64,000 nt of DNA, from the IMG/VR virus record IMGVR_UViG_3300029288_000090, positions 1 through 64,000 of that record. One strand, given 5' to 3'. The stretch comes from a virus. Its lineage: Duplodnaviria > Caudoviricetes. Below are positions 9,062 to 18,679 of the stretch, piece after piece. The translations under genes and the position numbers were made by a program. The first letter of the stretch is position 1, and every line of letters begins with the position of its first letter. The notes beneath the pieces are model-generated. The model saw only the letters and a program-made list of their open reading frames with translations. It was not told the origin of the DNA and made no database searches.

Positions 9062-9574
9062 ATGGTACAGATGGGTGTTGATAATTTTAAGAATAATCTT
9101 AGCAATCCACAAAGAGAATATTTGTGGGAGTGGCAATGTGCTAATCCTATCGGTGGAGGAGACGGAGAAACACTTCTTCTCCGTTGCCAGACTGCTTCAA
9201 GACCAGGAAGAGGACATGGTGGGATCTTTATTCCTTATAAACAGTCAGCTGGGATTAAAGTTCCTGGAAAGTTGACGTATCCTCATACACTTGATACAAC
9301 TATGATTGAAGGAGAGGATAAGGCCATCCATGATATTATCCATGCATGGCAACAGTTGATAGTCAACGATAAAACAAATATAGGTATTGGAGACGTTTCG
9401 ATTAAGACAGATGTCTATCTAAAACTTCTCTCAACAAAAGGAGAAGAAACACTGAAAATCCGTGTGGTAGGAGTATATCCTGAAAACGTTCCGGACGTCC
9501 CGTTGATTTTTACTGGAGAAGGAACGGTCATGTATCCTGTGACGTGGAGCTATGATCGTTGGGAAGAGGTTTAA
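9062..9574 (+). CDS. Tail tube protein (gp19-like)
   Basis: Follows sheath; 170 aa; GVYP and final VTWSYDRW motifs. Confidence 0.85.
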   Translation: MVQMGVDNFKNNLSNPQREYLWEWQCANPIGGGDGETLLLRCQTASRPGRGHGGIFIPYKQSAGIKVPGKLTYPHTLDTTMIEGEDKAIHDIIHAWQQLIVNDKTNIGIGDVSIKTDVYLKLLSTKGEETLKIRVVGVYPENVPDVPLIFTGEGTVMYPVTWSYDRWEEV

Positions 9575-9577
9575 GAA

Positions 9578-10147
9578 ATGAGCAGACTGTCTGACTATGT
9601 TTCTGCAGCATTGGGGGGTCAGAATATACTTCCTTACCATAGGACGTATAATTGGGACTTTTTTATGTTTTTCAGTATGGGAGGAATTCGTGGTGAACTC
9701 CTTTCTAAATTTTGTCAGGATGTTCGTTTTGGGGATTACTCTATTCAAGAATTGCAAGAACTTCGTTGGGGAGGAAAGACACAATTCTTCCCTGGCCAGT
9801 TAAGTATAAGTAGAGTAACTGTTACGTTTGCTATACCTTCTCCAGATATTGTAGGGCAATTTTTTCAAGCATGGCGTGAGAAGATTGTCAGTAAAGAAGG
9901 TTTTTACGGGCTGAAGAATGCATATACCAAAAATTTATATGTTTGGGTAGAAAATACTTCCTACTATCCTACTTCTCGATATGTCTTGAAAGGAGCTTAT
10001 CCAATTTCTGTTGCTTCATTTACTTTATCTTATGGAGAAGAAAATGTTCTAAGGTATACTATTGAGTTTTCTGTAGACCGGGTGGAGCCTTCAGGGTTGG
10101 CAGGATTAGGTGCAAACATAGGTAACTTTATTACAGGATTGTTCTAA
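9578..10147 (+). CDS. Second tail-tube-fold protein (gp54-like tube initiator)
   Basis: LKGAYPISV..LSY...YTIEFSVD tube-family motifs. Confidence 0.7.
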   Translation: MSRLSDYVSAALGGQNILPYHRTYNWDFFMFFSMGGIRGELLSKFCQDVRFGDYSIQELQELRWGGKTQFFPGQLSISRVTVTFAIPSPDIVGQFFQAWREKIVSKEGFYGLKNAYTKNLYVWVENTSYYPTSRYVLKGAYPISVASFTLSYGEENVLRYTIEFSVDRVEPSGLAGLGANIGNFITGLF

Positions 10148-10171
10148 TGATTTGGAAAGGATGGACCAATT

Positions 10172-10912
10172 ATGAACAAAGGTTTTCAAACAATCAAACT
10201 ACCTTCCTTGTGTCGAACTTATCAAGGAGTAGATCCAGAAAGTATTTCTATTCGAACTCTCACGGGAGAGGAAGAAAGAATATTAGCTGAAACTAAGACT
10301 TCAAACTACGATCGTAAGATTTTAGAAGTTTTAAAGAACGTTGTTCAGGGTATTGATGTTTCCAGGTTGACGGTAGGGGATCGACTATATCTTTTAGTTT
10401 GGGAGTTAATGAATTCCTTTTCGGACGATCTCCCTATAATCTATATTTGTACTAATTGTGGAAGGAAAGTAGATACAGTAGGAAAGCTTTCTTCCGTGGA
10501 GGTAAAAACGCTTCCTAAAGATTATACGGAACCTGTAAAAAGACTACTATCTGATGGACGTCCAGTAAATCTTCGACTATTGACTGCTGGCGATGAGATT
10601 AAGGTTTCTGATTATGAAGCATCAGGAGGAGAGGATTGGATATATAGAAATGCTCTAAGTATCGTTTCCGATGAAGACATTCTGAAGCGGATGGAGTTAT
10701 ACAAGTCGCTTCCTATCAAGGATACAGCTATTATTCGTTCATTTCAGGAGGAATTTAAACATGGACCTGATATGATGTTTAAGCTAGTTTGTCCTGAATG
10801 TAATGAGGAGGACCGTATTTACATACCCTTTCAAGTTGAGTTTCTTATTCCAACGGGTGAAGAGCTTATCAGAAATTTTGGAGGTAGAACTCCTGCTCAT
10901 GCTTCTTCTTAA
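10172..10912 (+). CDS. Baseplate hub assembly / tail assembly chaperone (T4 gp26-like, Zn-binding)
   Basis: LPS...IRTLTGEEE, GDRLYLL, CxxC pairs (CTNC, CPEC); upstream of tape measure. Confidence 0.75.
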   Translation: MNKGFQTIKLPSLCRTYQGVDPESISIRTLTGEEERILAETKTSNYDRKILEVLKNVVQGIDVSRLTVGDRLYLLVWELMNSFSDDLPIIYICTNCGRKVDTVGKLSSVEVKTLPKDYTEPVKRLLSDGRPVNLRLLTAGDEIKVSDYEASGGEDWIYRNALSIVSDEDILKRMELYKSLPIKDTAIIRSFQEEFKHGPDMMFKLVCPECNEEDRIYIPFQVEFLIPTGEELIRNFGGRTPAHASS

Positions 10913-11009
10913 GATGTCACGAACGGATATTTTGGAATGTCCTTTAAATGAACGAGATTGGTATTTGAATCGTATAGAACAGATAATAGGCGAAAAAAAG
11001 AATGGCTAA
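10803..11009 (+). CDS. Small gp51-like/GT-like chaperone segment; may be expressed by frameshift or from an internal start
   Basis: MSRTDILECPLNERDWYLNRI resembles the short post-chaperone ORF of T4-like phages; overlaps previous gene in the +1 frame. Confidence 0.55.
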   Translation: MRRTVFTYPFKLSFLFQRVKSLSEILEVELLLMLLLKMSRTDILECPLNERDWYLNRIEQIIGEKKNG

Positions 11010-12570
11010 ACGTCCTACATGGATCAAGTCCTATATGAAGCTTGGAAGGGAGGCTTTCAGTGAAAAGACACTTTCCACTTTGTATCTCATAGAGAGAAAG
11101 TACAGGGAAGATTATTTAAGATTTCTAAATGAATCTATTAAGATGTTTCCTGCAGGAACTCCTTTAGGAAAAGTAGCGGATGATCTCAAGAAGAAGATCA
11201 AAAAATCAATAACTCTTATCCAAAACGTTACAGGAAAGTATGGCGGGCGAGCAACACGAAAGGATATAGAAAGCTTATATAGTCTTCTTGAAGAAATAGA
11301 AATTGGAATTAAAGAATTTGCAACTACTTCCGGGGCCTCACAAGAGTTTAGCAAGTCATTAGAAGTTATAGAAAAAGAAACTAATGTTTCTCTTGAGCAA
11401 ATCCGTTCTACTCAATCTGCTATTAGAAAAACAGTAAGTAAACTACAATCTTCTAGTAAGAGAAAATCTGGAGCAGGGGAAAGTACACTTGGTTCTTTTG
11501 CCAGAAGCTTAGCAACAGGATATCTAGGCGTTTCAGGAATGCAACTTCTTAGAGGAACTGGACGTCTTGCTACAGCTCCTATTCGTGGAATGAAAGGATT
11601 GGGAGAAGGACGATTCGGTAGGAATTTGTTAGAGGAGCTTTCTATTACTTCTTATCCTTCTTCTGGTGTTGAAGGAAGAGGACGGGCAGAACCTGCTGTT
11701 GCTGCGGGAGGAATTAATCTTTTTGAGTTTTTTGATAAGCAAGCTTATGGAGCTAAGTGGACGGCAGATGTAACTTCTACATTACATTCAATCAAAGCCA
11801 AGTTAGATATTGATAAAGGAAAGGGAGGTTTGTTTGGAGGACTTGCTGAAGCTTTGAAAGGGAAAGGCGGGGTTATTGGTCTTCTGAAAGAATTTGGATT
11901 AGGATTGGGTGTTGCTGGAGCTGCTGCTGGAGTCACTGCCTTGGCGTTAAAAGGATTAGGTTCTAAGGGAGAAAGGGTAGAAAAAGAGAATCTAGATATT
12001 TTTAACAAGCAAGCAGAAGTTGACAGATTAAGAGCTCAACAAGGCTTCTCTCCTATAGAAAGATCTGCTTCGGAACAGCAAAAAGTTTTGGGTGGAGTTG
12101 CTTTTGGAAAACTATTCCAAGGAGAAAAGCTTTCTTCTGAAGAATGGAAAGCTCTATGGGAACAGCAAAAACGATATGCAGGAAGAGCTTTCTCTAAAAC
12201 TAAAGGGATTGTTCAGTCTGCTGTAGGGGCGATGACAGGGATTAGATTTGGGGAATCTTCTTCAAAGACTACTCAAGCAGAAGTGGATATAGAAAAGTCA
12301 GCACAAAATATTCTAGCTACTCGTCAGGCAACACAAGAAATTCTAAACAAGCAGTTAGGGACTTCCAAAACAGCACAGATAGATCCATATGCAAAGATGG
12401 ATGAACTTACAAGACAGTTTATGAAGCAGAATGAGGAAGGATTACGGAAATTAAATGCTACGGTGGAAAAGGCTGTTAGAAAAACAACAGTAAAAGATGC
12501 TTTACCCTTAGTTAAAGGAAGTCAGTTTGAAAATGATACATCTCATATGTGGATGAATAGTAGTAGGTAA
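11002..12570 (+). CDS. Tape measure protein (short)
   Basis: Position after chaperones; helical, G/A/K-rich with hydrophobic GLGLGVAGAAAG stretch. Confidence 0.6.
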   Translation: MAKRPTWIKSYMKLGREAFSEKTLSTLYLIERKYREDYLRFLNESIKMFPAGTPLGKVADDLKKKIKKSITLIQNVTGKYGGRATRKDIESLYSLLEEIEIGIKEFATTSGASQEFSKSLEVIEKETNVSLEQIRSTQSAIRKTVSKLQSSSKRKSGAGESTLGSFARSLATGYLGVSGMQLLRGTGRLATAPIRGMKGLGEGRFGRNLLEELSITSYPSSGVEGRGRAEPAVAAGGINLFEFFDKQAYGAKWTADVTSTLHSIKAKLDIDKGKGGLFGGLAEALKGKGGVIGLLKEFGLGLGVAGAAAGVTALALKGLGSKGERVEKENLDIFNKQAEVDRLRAQQGFSPIERSASEQQKVLGGVAFGKLFQGEKLSSEEWKALWEQQKRYAGRAFSKTKGIVQSAVGAMTGIRFGESSSKTTQAEVDIEKSAQNILATRQATQEILNKQLGTSKTAQIDPYAKMDELTRQFMKQNEEGLRKLNATVEKAVRKTTVKDALPLVKGSQFENDTSHMWMNSSR

Positions 12571-12573
12571 CTT

Positions 12574-13482
12574 ATGGTAGAACAATCACTAACTAGTGCT
12601 GAGGCTTTTGCAGGATTGGTTAAGAAGGCCACTTTGAATCCTAATAAAGTTCGTGTAAGATTCCGTCAGATTCCTGCTCTTAAGGAAACACAATATATAA
12701 GAGTAGGTTATCTCCCTGAGAGTACAGGAGTTCCAGAAGCTTATATAACTACTGTTACTAGCAAAGCCCTTCAGTGTAAAGTTTGTGCTGTTGTTCAAGA
12801 GAAAATACAATTTCTTGTTAACGGGGTTTGGGAACCATTTCCAGGATTAGGGATGTTTAATGAAGTAGCTGAATTGATCCCACAGGCACTACTAGGAGTC
12901 ACACTAGTTCAACCTTGGATGAAGAGAAGGATGTGGAGAGGTTCTACTCCTATAAGTATTTCAGTAGATATGAATTTCTATGCTTATGATGATGCTTATA
13001 ATAATGTTTTACTTCCTTGTATGCTTCTTCAACAGATGGCCCTTCCACAAGAAACTTTATCAGTGGGAGTTGTTGAGAATGAAGGAACTGCAAGTGAAAC
13101 ATACGGAAAACTGTTTTCAGTTTACTCTCCTCCAGGACCTAGCCCTTTCACGGTTTTTGAGGATACGTTAGCTGGTGGAGACAAAATAGACTTAACATTC
13201 GGAAATATTCTTAGGTTTAGTAATGTCATCGTAAGTGAGTGTCTAATAAACTTGGAGAACAAACTTACTGAACAGGGTTATCCTATAACTGGATCTGCAC
13301 GAATCGTTTTTGAGACATTTGAGATGATGACTAAGGAAAGTCTTCGTGCGGTCTACCAGTGGCAAGCTAATACAGTTAATTTCGGTTCCATGCAATCTTT
13401 GACGCTTCAGCAGGCGAAGCAGAAGTTTTCCGGAACTGTTGTAGATAAAATAGCTGATGTTGTTTCAGGAGCTGGAGGTTAA
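12574..13482 (+). CDS. Baseplate tube-cap protein (gp48-like)
   Basis: Position; MWRGSTPISISVDMNF and G.P......F motifs of tube-fold baseplate proteins. Confidence 0.5.
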   Translation: MVEQSLTSAEAFAGLVKKATLNPNKVRVRFRQIPALKETQYIRVGYLPESTGVPEAYITTVTSKALQCKVCAVVQEKIQFLVNGVWEPFPGLGMFNEVAELIPQALLGVTLVQPWMKRRMWRGSTPISISVDMNFYAYDDAYNNVLLPCMLLQQMALPQETLSVGVVENEGTASETYGKLFSVYSPPGPSPFTVFEDTLAGGDKIDLTFGNILRFSNVIVSECLINLENKLTEQGYPITGSARIVFETFEMMTKESLRAVYQWQANTVNFGSMQSLTLQQAKQKFSGTVVDKIADVVSGAGG

Positions 13483-13487
13483 TGTAA

Positions 13488-13793
13488 ATGGATAGAACAA
13501 AATTTTTCCAACAAGTTACAGTGGATGGAGTCAGAGAATTGGATTTTCTTTACAACAGTATTTCTAATTTAACTGCTCGTCGACGTCCTGGTCATTATAG
13601 AATGTCAGTTATAGATCGAAAGAGACCAGATATTACAAGTTATCGTAACTACGGAACGCCTGCATTCTGGTGGATGATTCTTGCTTTTAATGGAATTCAG
13701 GATCCTTTTTTTGAAACGACTGTAGGAAGAGTTGTTCAGATTCCTACATGGCCAGATATCTACGATTTTGTTAAAGATTTTAAACTTAGATAA
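13488..13793 (+). CDS. LysM-like baseplate wedge protein (gp53-like)
   Basis: RPDITSYRNYGTPAFWWMILAFNGIQDPF...G..VQIP. Confidence 0.85.
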   Translation: MDRTKFFQQVTVDGVRELDFLYNSISNLTARRRPGHYRMSVIDRKRPDITSYRNYGTPAFWWMILAFNGIQDPFFETTVGRVVQIPTWPDIYDFVKDFKLR

Positions 13794-15089
13794 ATGCTTA
13801 CAAGAACTACTGATTATGTATTACGACTTAAGTTTGGGGATGTTGAAGCTAGTATCGATCCTCATGCTTTAAGGGAATTTAGTGTAACACAGGATATAAG
13901 TACATTCCTTCCTTCTTTTGTTTTGAAAACTATTGATAGGCAAGGTTTATTGACTCATATTGTTCCTTTTGACCGTCGAGTCAGTAAGATGTTTGTTCAA
14001 TTTGGAAAGCAAGAGGATATTCAAAATGGTGAAGATCATAATTACTTTAATTTTGTAGCTTATAGAAAGTATCCTGATAGTGATGGTATCTTTCATGTAG
14101 AAGGATTGTTAGACGTGGATGGATTATTCTATCCTAAAAGACAAGTTGGAAGATCAGGAACTATTCAATCTATTATAGAAAACATCTCAACGAATGAACT
14201 AAAATTAAAAAATACTGATATAAGTCCTTCTTTGGGAACTTCTTTGACAACAGTTCAAGGAAATTGGAGTAATGCTGAATTTTTAAATTACCTTAAGGAA
14301 TGGTCAGTAGGGGTAAACAATGAGTCTTGTTATTTCTGCTTCATCAGAGTAAGAAAAGGAAAAAAAGAATTTGTCTTTAGATCTTTAAATGATTTTGTAG
14401 GACTTGAACCGATAAATAACTTTGCTTTCTTCCGTGAGAAGGTTGAAGATTATTATCCTATTCACGAATATAGAATGATAGATACATTAACATCTTTTCA
14501 TATAGGAGGATATGCAAAACAACCTTATGCTTACTTTGATTACTTTAATGGAAAATTTGTTACAAATGAATTGGATGTTCAAGATTACTACTCTCTTACA
14601 GAAAAGTTTCTAATAGACGGAAATAGATCCGATCAGGATATGTCACAGATTTCTGATATTGGACGTAACGAAGATTATGATAAAACAAGAATAGGGTATG
14701 TCAAGGATAAGTATTATAGATCTTTGACAGCTTTATCAAAGATGTGGATCACTACTGGCGGAATGCAAAATATTTGTCCAGGAGATATTGTTCTTGTAGC
14801 GTTTCCCGGACCTACAGTAGACGGGAAAGTCCTAGATTATCAGTATTCTGGATTTTGGTTGGTAGAAAAAATTGTTCATTCTTTTGGTTCTAGCTATATT
14901 AGTAAATTGTTATTGACAAGAAATGGAGTGGATTCTACAATTCAATCAACGTTGATTCCTGCAAGTAGGAAAAAAACAAGGTCCAGAAATCTTCCTGTAG
15001 GAAAAACATTTACAACTCCTAAAACAATCATCCGTTCCAGTAGAAGATCTCCAGTTGGAGAGGATGCTGAACAGTTGGTAGCACAATAA
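13794..15089 (+). CDS. Baseplate hub protein (gp27-like)
   Basis: G...I.PGDIV...YSGFWLVEKIVHSF....SKLLL.R C-terminal hub motif; precedes spike. Confidence 0.7.
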   Translation: MLTRTTDYVLRLKFGDVEASIDPHALREFSVTQDISTFLPSFVLKTIDRQGLLTHIVPFDRRVSKMFVQFGKQEDIQNGEDHNYFNFVAYRKYPDSDGIFHVEGLLDVDGLFYPKRQVGRSGTIQSIIENISTNELKLKNTDISPSLGTSLTTVQGNWSNAEFLNYLKEWSVGVNNESCYFCFIRVRKGKKEFVFRSLNDFVGLEPINNFAFFREKVEDYYPIHEYRMIDTLTSFHIGGYAKQPYAYFDYFNGKFVTNELDVQDYYSLTEKFLIDGNRSDQDMSQISDIGRNEDYDKTRIGYVKDKYYRSLTALSKMWITTGGMQNICPGDIVLVAFPGPTVDGKVLDYQYSGFWLVEKIVHSFGSSYISKLLLTRNGVDSTIQSTLIPASRKKTRSRNLPVGKTFTTPKTIIRSSRRSPVGEDAEQLVAQ

Positions 15090-15090
15090 A

Positions 15091-15681
15091 ATGTCAGAAC
15101 CTATATTTGGAAATTTTAGAGGTAAAGTAGTAGATAACAATGATCCGGAACAAAAAGGACGGATTAAAGTAGAAATCTACCCTTACTTTCACAATGTAAA
15201 AGCTGAATATCTTCCGTGGTCAGTTCCAGCATCTCCTTTATTTTGTGGTGCAGGTGTAGGACTAGGAAACTTTTCTGTTCCAGAAGTGAATAGCTTTGTT
15301 TGGTGCTTTTTTGAAGCTGGAAATTTATATCAGCCAGTATATTTTGCTGAAGCTCCTGATTTTGTTCATATTATAGGAGATGAAAAATCTACAAACTATC
15401 CAAAACGAAAGATCTTGAAAACTTCGTCTGGTTTATTGATTATTATAGATGATGAAGTTCCTTCTATTTCTTTAACATATGAAAATGGAATAGGAGTTAT
15501 TATAGATCAGTCAGTTCCTTTCGTATCTATAACTCATGTAGGAGGAACTTCCATTGTAGTCAATGCAGCAATCCCTTCTATTGACATTACTCATCCAGGA
15601 GGTGCCAGTATGTCTGTAGATGCTGCCGGAAATATTTCTATAACTGGAACAACAGTCAATATCAATCCTCCTGCTTCATAA
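15091..15681 (+). CDS. Central spike protein (gp5/VgrG OB-fold plus short beta-helix, no lysozyme)
   Basis: RGKVVDNNDPEQKGRIKV...W...VPEV.SFVWCFFEAG...PVY. Confidence 0.9.
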   Translation: MSEPIFGNFRGKVVDNNDPEQKGRIKVEIYPYFHNVKAEYLPWSVPASPLFCGAGVGLGNFSVPEVNSFVWCFFEAGNLYQPVYFAEAPDFVHIIGDEKSTNYPKRKILKTSSGLLIIIDDEVPSISLTYENGIGVIIDQSVPFVSITHVGGTSIVVNAAIPSIDITHPGGASMSVDAAGNISITGTTVNINPPAS

Positions 15682-15683
15682 TT

Positions 15684-15956
15684 ATGGCAAAAAGAAAAAT
15701 AGCTTGTTTGGGTGATCCGGTGGGAATTGCAGGAGGGACTATCATCTCTTCTGGTCAGGACGGAACTTTCTTGGTAGAAGGTTTAGAAGTTGCTGTCGAA
15801 GGAGCTATTGCTAGACGTTCAGGTGATTGGACACAGACAATTAATCCAACGGTTTCGAAAACTTTTTTTCAAGGAAAAAGAATTATAGTTGAGGGCGATG
15901 AATGTAATAATGGAGCGGTAGTCAACCCTCCTGATAGAGGAGTTTACGTGGAGTAA
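15684..15956 (+). CDS. PAAR-like spike tip protein
   Basis: IACLGD..GG.IISS, VAVEG, IIVEGD.C..GA repeats; follows spike. Confidence 0.8.
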   Translation: MAKRKIACLGDPVGIAGGTIISSGQDGTFLVEGLEVAVEGAIARRSGDWTQTINPTVSKTFFQGKRIIVEGDECNNGAVVNPPDRGVYVE

Positions 15957-15959
15957 GTT

Positions 15960-16382
15960 ATGGAAAATCAAATCCTTACTGAAGCAACTTCTTTAATAGA
16001 TCCAGGTGAAGTTTGGAGTGAACTACATCAGGATCTAATTCTTGACTCCAAAGGTCAGGTTAAGAAAGTACTAAACGAACAAGCTGTTGTTGCTTCCTTA
16101 GATAATATACTACGAACTTCTCCGATGGAAAGAGTGATGCTCCCTAACTTTGGAGCAGGACTTGACGATTTACTATTTGAAAACGTCAGTCAATCTCTAG
16201 CTACAGAACTAGCAGGAAGAATCAAAGATTCAATCACCAAATGGGATGATAGGGTTATTATAAATTCTATTGATTTCAATTTAGATCCAAATAGTAACTT
16301 TTTAGGGGTCAGTATGTCTTTTTCTATAGTTAATTATGCAGATATACTTGAATACGAAACAACTATAACTGCTGGAGTTTAG
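15960..16382 (+). CDS. Baseplate wedge/sheath initiator (gp25-like)
   Basis: NILRT.PMERVMLPNFGAGL..LLFE...I.KWDDRV. Confidence 0.9.
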   Translation: MENQILTEATSLIDPGEVWSELHQDLILDSKGQVKKVLNEQAVVASLDNILRTSPMERVMLPNFGAGLDDLLFENVSQSLATELAGRIKDSITKWDDRVIINSIDFNLDPNSNFLGVSMSFSIVNYADILEYETTITAGV

Positions 16383-16384
16383 TT

Positions 16385-18181
16385 ATGGCTAATAATCTTA
16401 GTTATGTAGATTATGATTTTGATAATCTAAGAGAGCAGCTCCGTGAACGTGTTCGTGAAGCGGATGCTTGGAAGGATGCATATAGATCTGGAACAGGGGA
16501 GATGCTTATAGATTTTTACGCTTATATAGCAAATTTGGTTCTTTATTATGTTGAGAGAAGAGCGGAAGAAAGTTACATAGAAACAGCCAAGAATAGATCT
16601 TCTGTTGTTAATTTAGTTAAGTTAGTCAACTATTCTCCTAAGAGAAGAACTTCCTCTACTGGTATAGTTACGTTTAGTTTAACTACTGCACATACGTCAG
16701 ATATATTCATTGAGAAGTTTACACGTCTTTCAGAGACATCTGGACTTAAGTTTTTTGTTGGAGAAAAGGAGTTAGATTCGGACGGAAATTATACAGGAAA
16801 TATCGTTGGTGGAGGTGTTTTAAAGGCTGGATCTACTTCTATAACTTTACGGGCTATACAAGGAGATATTGTAGGGAAGACCATTACTTCCAATGGTTCA
16901 GTTGACCAGACTTATTTGATTGAAGAAACAACTGTTGAGGAATATACTCTTTCAGTTGTTGTTGATGGAGTTATATGGGAATCTGTTTCTTCTTTTGCTG
17001 CTTCAGAGCCGGAAGATACACATTACGTCGTTCGTCAAGAGTTAGATGGAACTATTAAGATCCTATTTGGGGATAATCAAAAAGGATATGTTCCTCCTTT
17101 GGGATCTACAATATATATTCAATATGTTTTATCCGATGGAGAAGATGGGAATGTTCTTCAAGGAGATAGGATAACAACTATAGAAGACGACGTATCTGAT
17201 ATAAATGGAAACATCATAACTCTTTCTGTAACTAACTCTAGTGAAATAGATCCAGAAACAGGAGATACAGAAGGAGCTTTTGTTGGAGGGGATGCTGAAG
17301 AAGACATAGAAGAAATCCGTTATGAAGCTCCACGTGTTTTTAGGACTGGAGATAGAGCAGTTACACGAAACGATTTTATAGCTATTTTGGAGAATTATGC
17401 TGGAATAGCTACAGCAAACGCTTGGGGAGAAAACGAAGAGGACCCGCCTAATTATACGATGTTCAATAGAGTTAAACTTTGTTTTATGATGACAGGATGG
17501 GCGTTGCCCACAACAACGTTTAAGTCATTGATTTCTGAATATCTTTATACGAAATCTATGATAACTGTCAAATACGAGTTTATAACTCCAGAAGTTATTT
17601 ATGTTGTCCCTACTCTAGATGTCATTGTAACTAAAAACTACTCTTTATCTCAAGCTACGTTGGATATAGAGAATGCTTTTGAAGCTGAGTTTGTTTTAGG
17701 ATCGACAACAAGGTTGGGAACAGATAAAAATTATTCTAACTTGGTTCGTTTGATTGATGATTTGGATGGCGTTTCCTACCATCATTTAACTCTGGAGATT
17801 TACCAGGAAATAGATACAGATATTAGCTCTTCTAACATTATAGGATCTGCAGGATCGTTCAGTGGAACATTAAACCTGGCACCTATCAAAGAAGGGACTG
17901 TTAAAGTTTATGTTGGGGCAGGGGATACAGCAGTTCAAACGGCAGTAGATAATGAATCTGGAGCTTTTGTAACTGTCGGAGATTACGCTGTTGCAGGAAC
18001 AATCGATTACTCAACTGGAGCTTATTCTGTAGACTTGAGTCCCACTCCTCCAGTAGGAACAGTAGTGGCTATTCGATATCAACAAGCGTATGAGAATAGA
18101 GATAATGATATAGTTGTTGGTTATAATCAGATATGTAAACTTCAGGATGTGGATATAACAGATATTTCAAGTGAGAACTAA
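16385..18181 (+). CDS. Baseplate wedge protein (gp6/baseplate J-like)
   Basis: DFDNLR..L, ESYIETA..RSSV, FGD...G..P, GG...EDIEEIR..AP......RAVT..DF. Confidence 0.9.
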   Translation: MANNLSYVDYDFDNLREQLRERVREADAWKDAYRSGTGEMLIDFYAYIANLVLYYVERRAEESYIETAKNRSSVVNLVKLVNYSPKRRTSSTGIVTFSLTTAHTSDIFIEKFTRLSETSGLKFFVGEKELDSDGNYTGNIVGGGVLKAGSTSITLRAIQGDIVGKTITSNGSVDQTYLIEETTVEEYTLSVVVDGVIWESVSSFAASEPEDTHYVVRQELDGTIKILFGDNQKGYVPPLGSTIYIQYVLSDGEDGNVLQGDRITTIEDDVSDINGNIITLSVTNSSEIDPETGDTEGAFVGGDAEEDIEEIRYEAPRVFRTGDRAVTRNDFIAILENYAGIATANAWGENEEDPPNYTMFNRVKLCFMMTGWALPTTTFKSLISEYLYTKSMITVKYEFITPEVIYVVPTLDVIVTKNYSLSQATLDIENAFEAEFVLGSTTRLGTDKNYSNLVRLIDDLDGVSYHHLTLEIYQEIDTDISSSNIIGSAGSFSGTLNLAPIKEGTVKVYVGAGDTAVQTAVDNESGAFVTVGDYAVAGTIDYSTGAYSVDLSPTPPVGTVVAIRYQQAYENRDNDIVVGYNQICKLQDVDITDISSEN

Positions 18182-18184
18182 ACT

Positions 18185-18679
18185 ATGGGAAAACATAAAT
18201 TTTATCAATGTGATTGGGCAGTCAAACATAAAAAGGGTGATGAAGTTCTTTTTGAAGGTACATTTCGAAATTCATTAGCAGATCAGGGTGAACAACTTCT
18301 TCTCCAGACGTTCTTCCAAGCAGAAAACGTTCCTACTAATTTCTTTGTGGGACTTGGTTATGGAACTATGAGTGAAGCTAGTACATTAGACACAGTTCCT
18401 AATGAACCTTCTGGGAATGGCTATAGTAGAATAACATTAACTCGAGATACGACCGGCTTTCCAGAAATGGAGATGGAGGATGGAGATTGGGTTGTTTGGA
18501 CTGAAGAAAAATATTTTGAGGCTTCTGGTGGATCTATAGGTCCAGTCAATATAGCTTTTATAGGAGCTACTCTTCCTGATGCAACGGAGAGATTAGTTTC
18601 CTACCTTTCTCTACCTATTGAGGTTACATTGGCTGATGGGGAAACCTATACCTTTGCGATAAAGATAAAGGCAATGTAA
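18185..18679 (+). CDS. Baseplate/tail structural protein
   Basis: N.LAD.GE..LL...F, EPSGNGYSR motif; located between wedge genes. Confidence 0.5.
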   Translation: MGKHKFYQCDWAVKHKKGDEVLFEGTFRNSLADQGEQLLLQTFFQAENVPTNFFVGLGYGTMSEASTLDTVPNEPSGNGYSRITLTRDTTGFPEMEMEDGDWVVWTEEKYFEASGGSIGPVNIAFIGATLPDATERLVSYLSLPIEVTLADGETYTFAIKIKAM

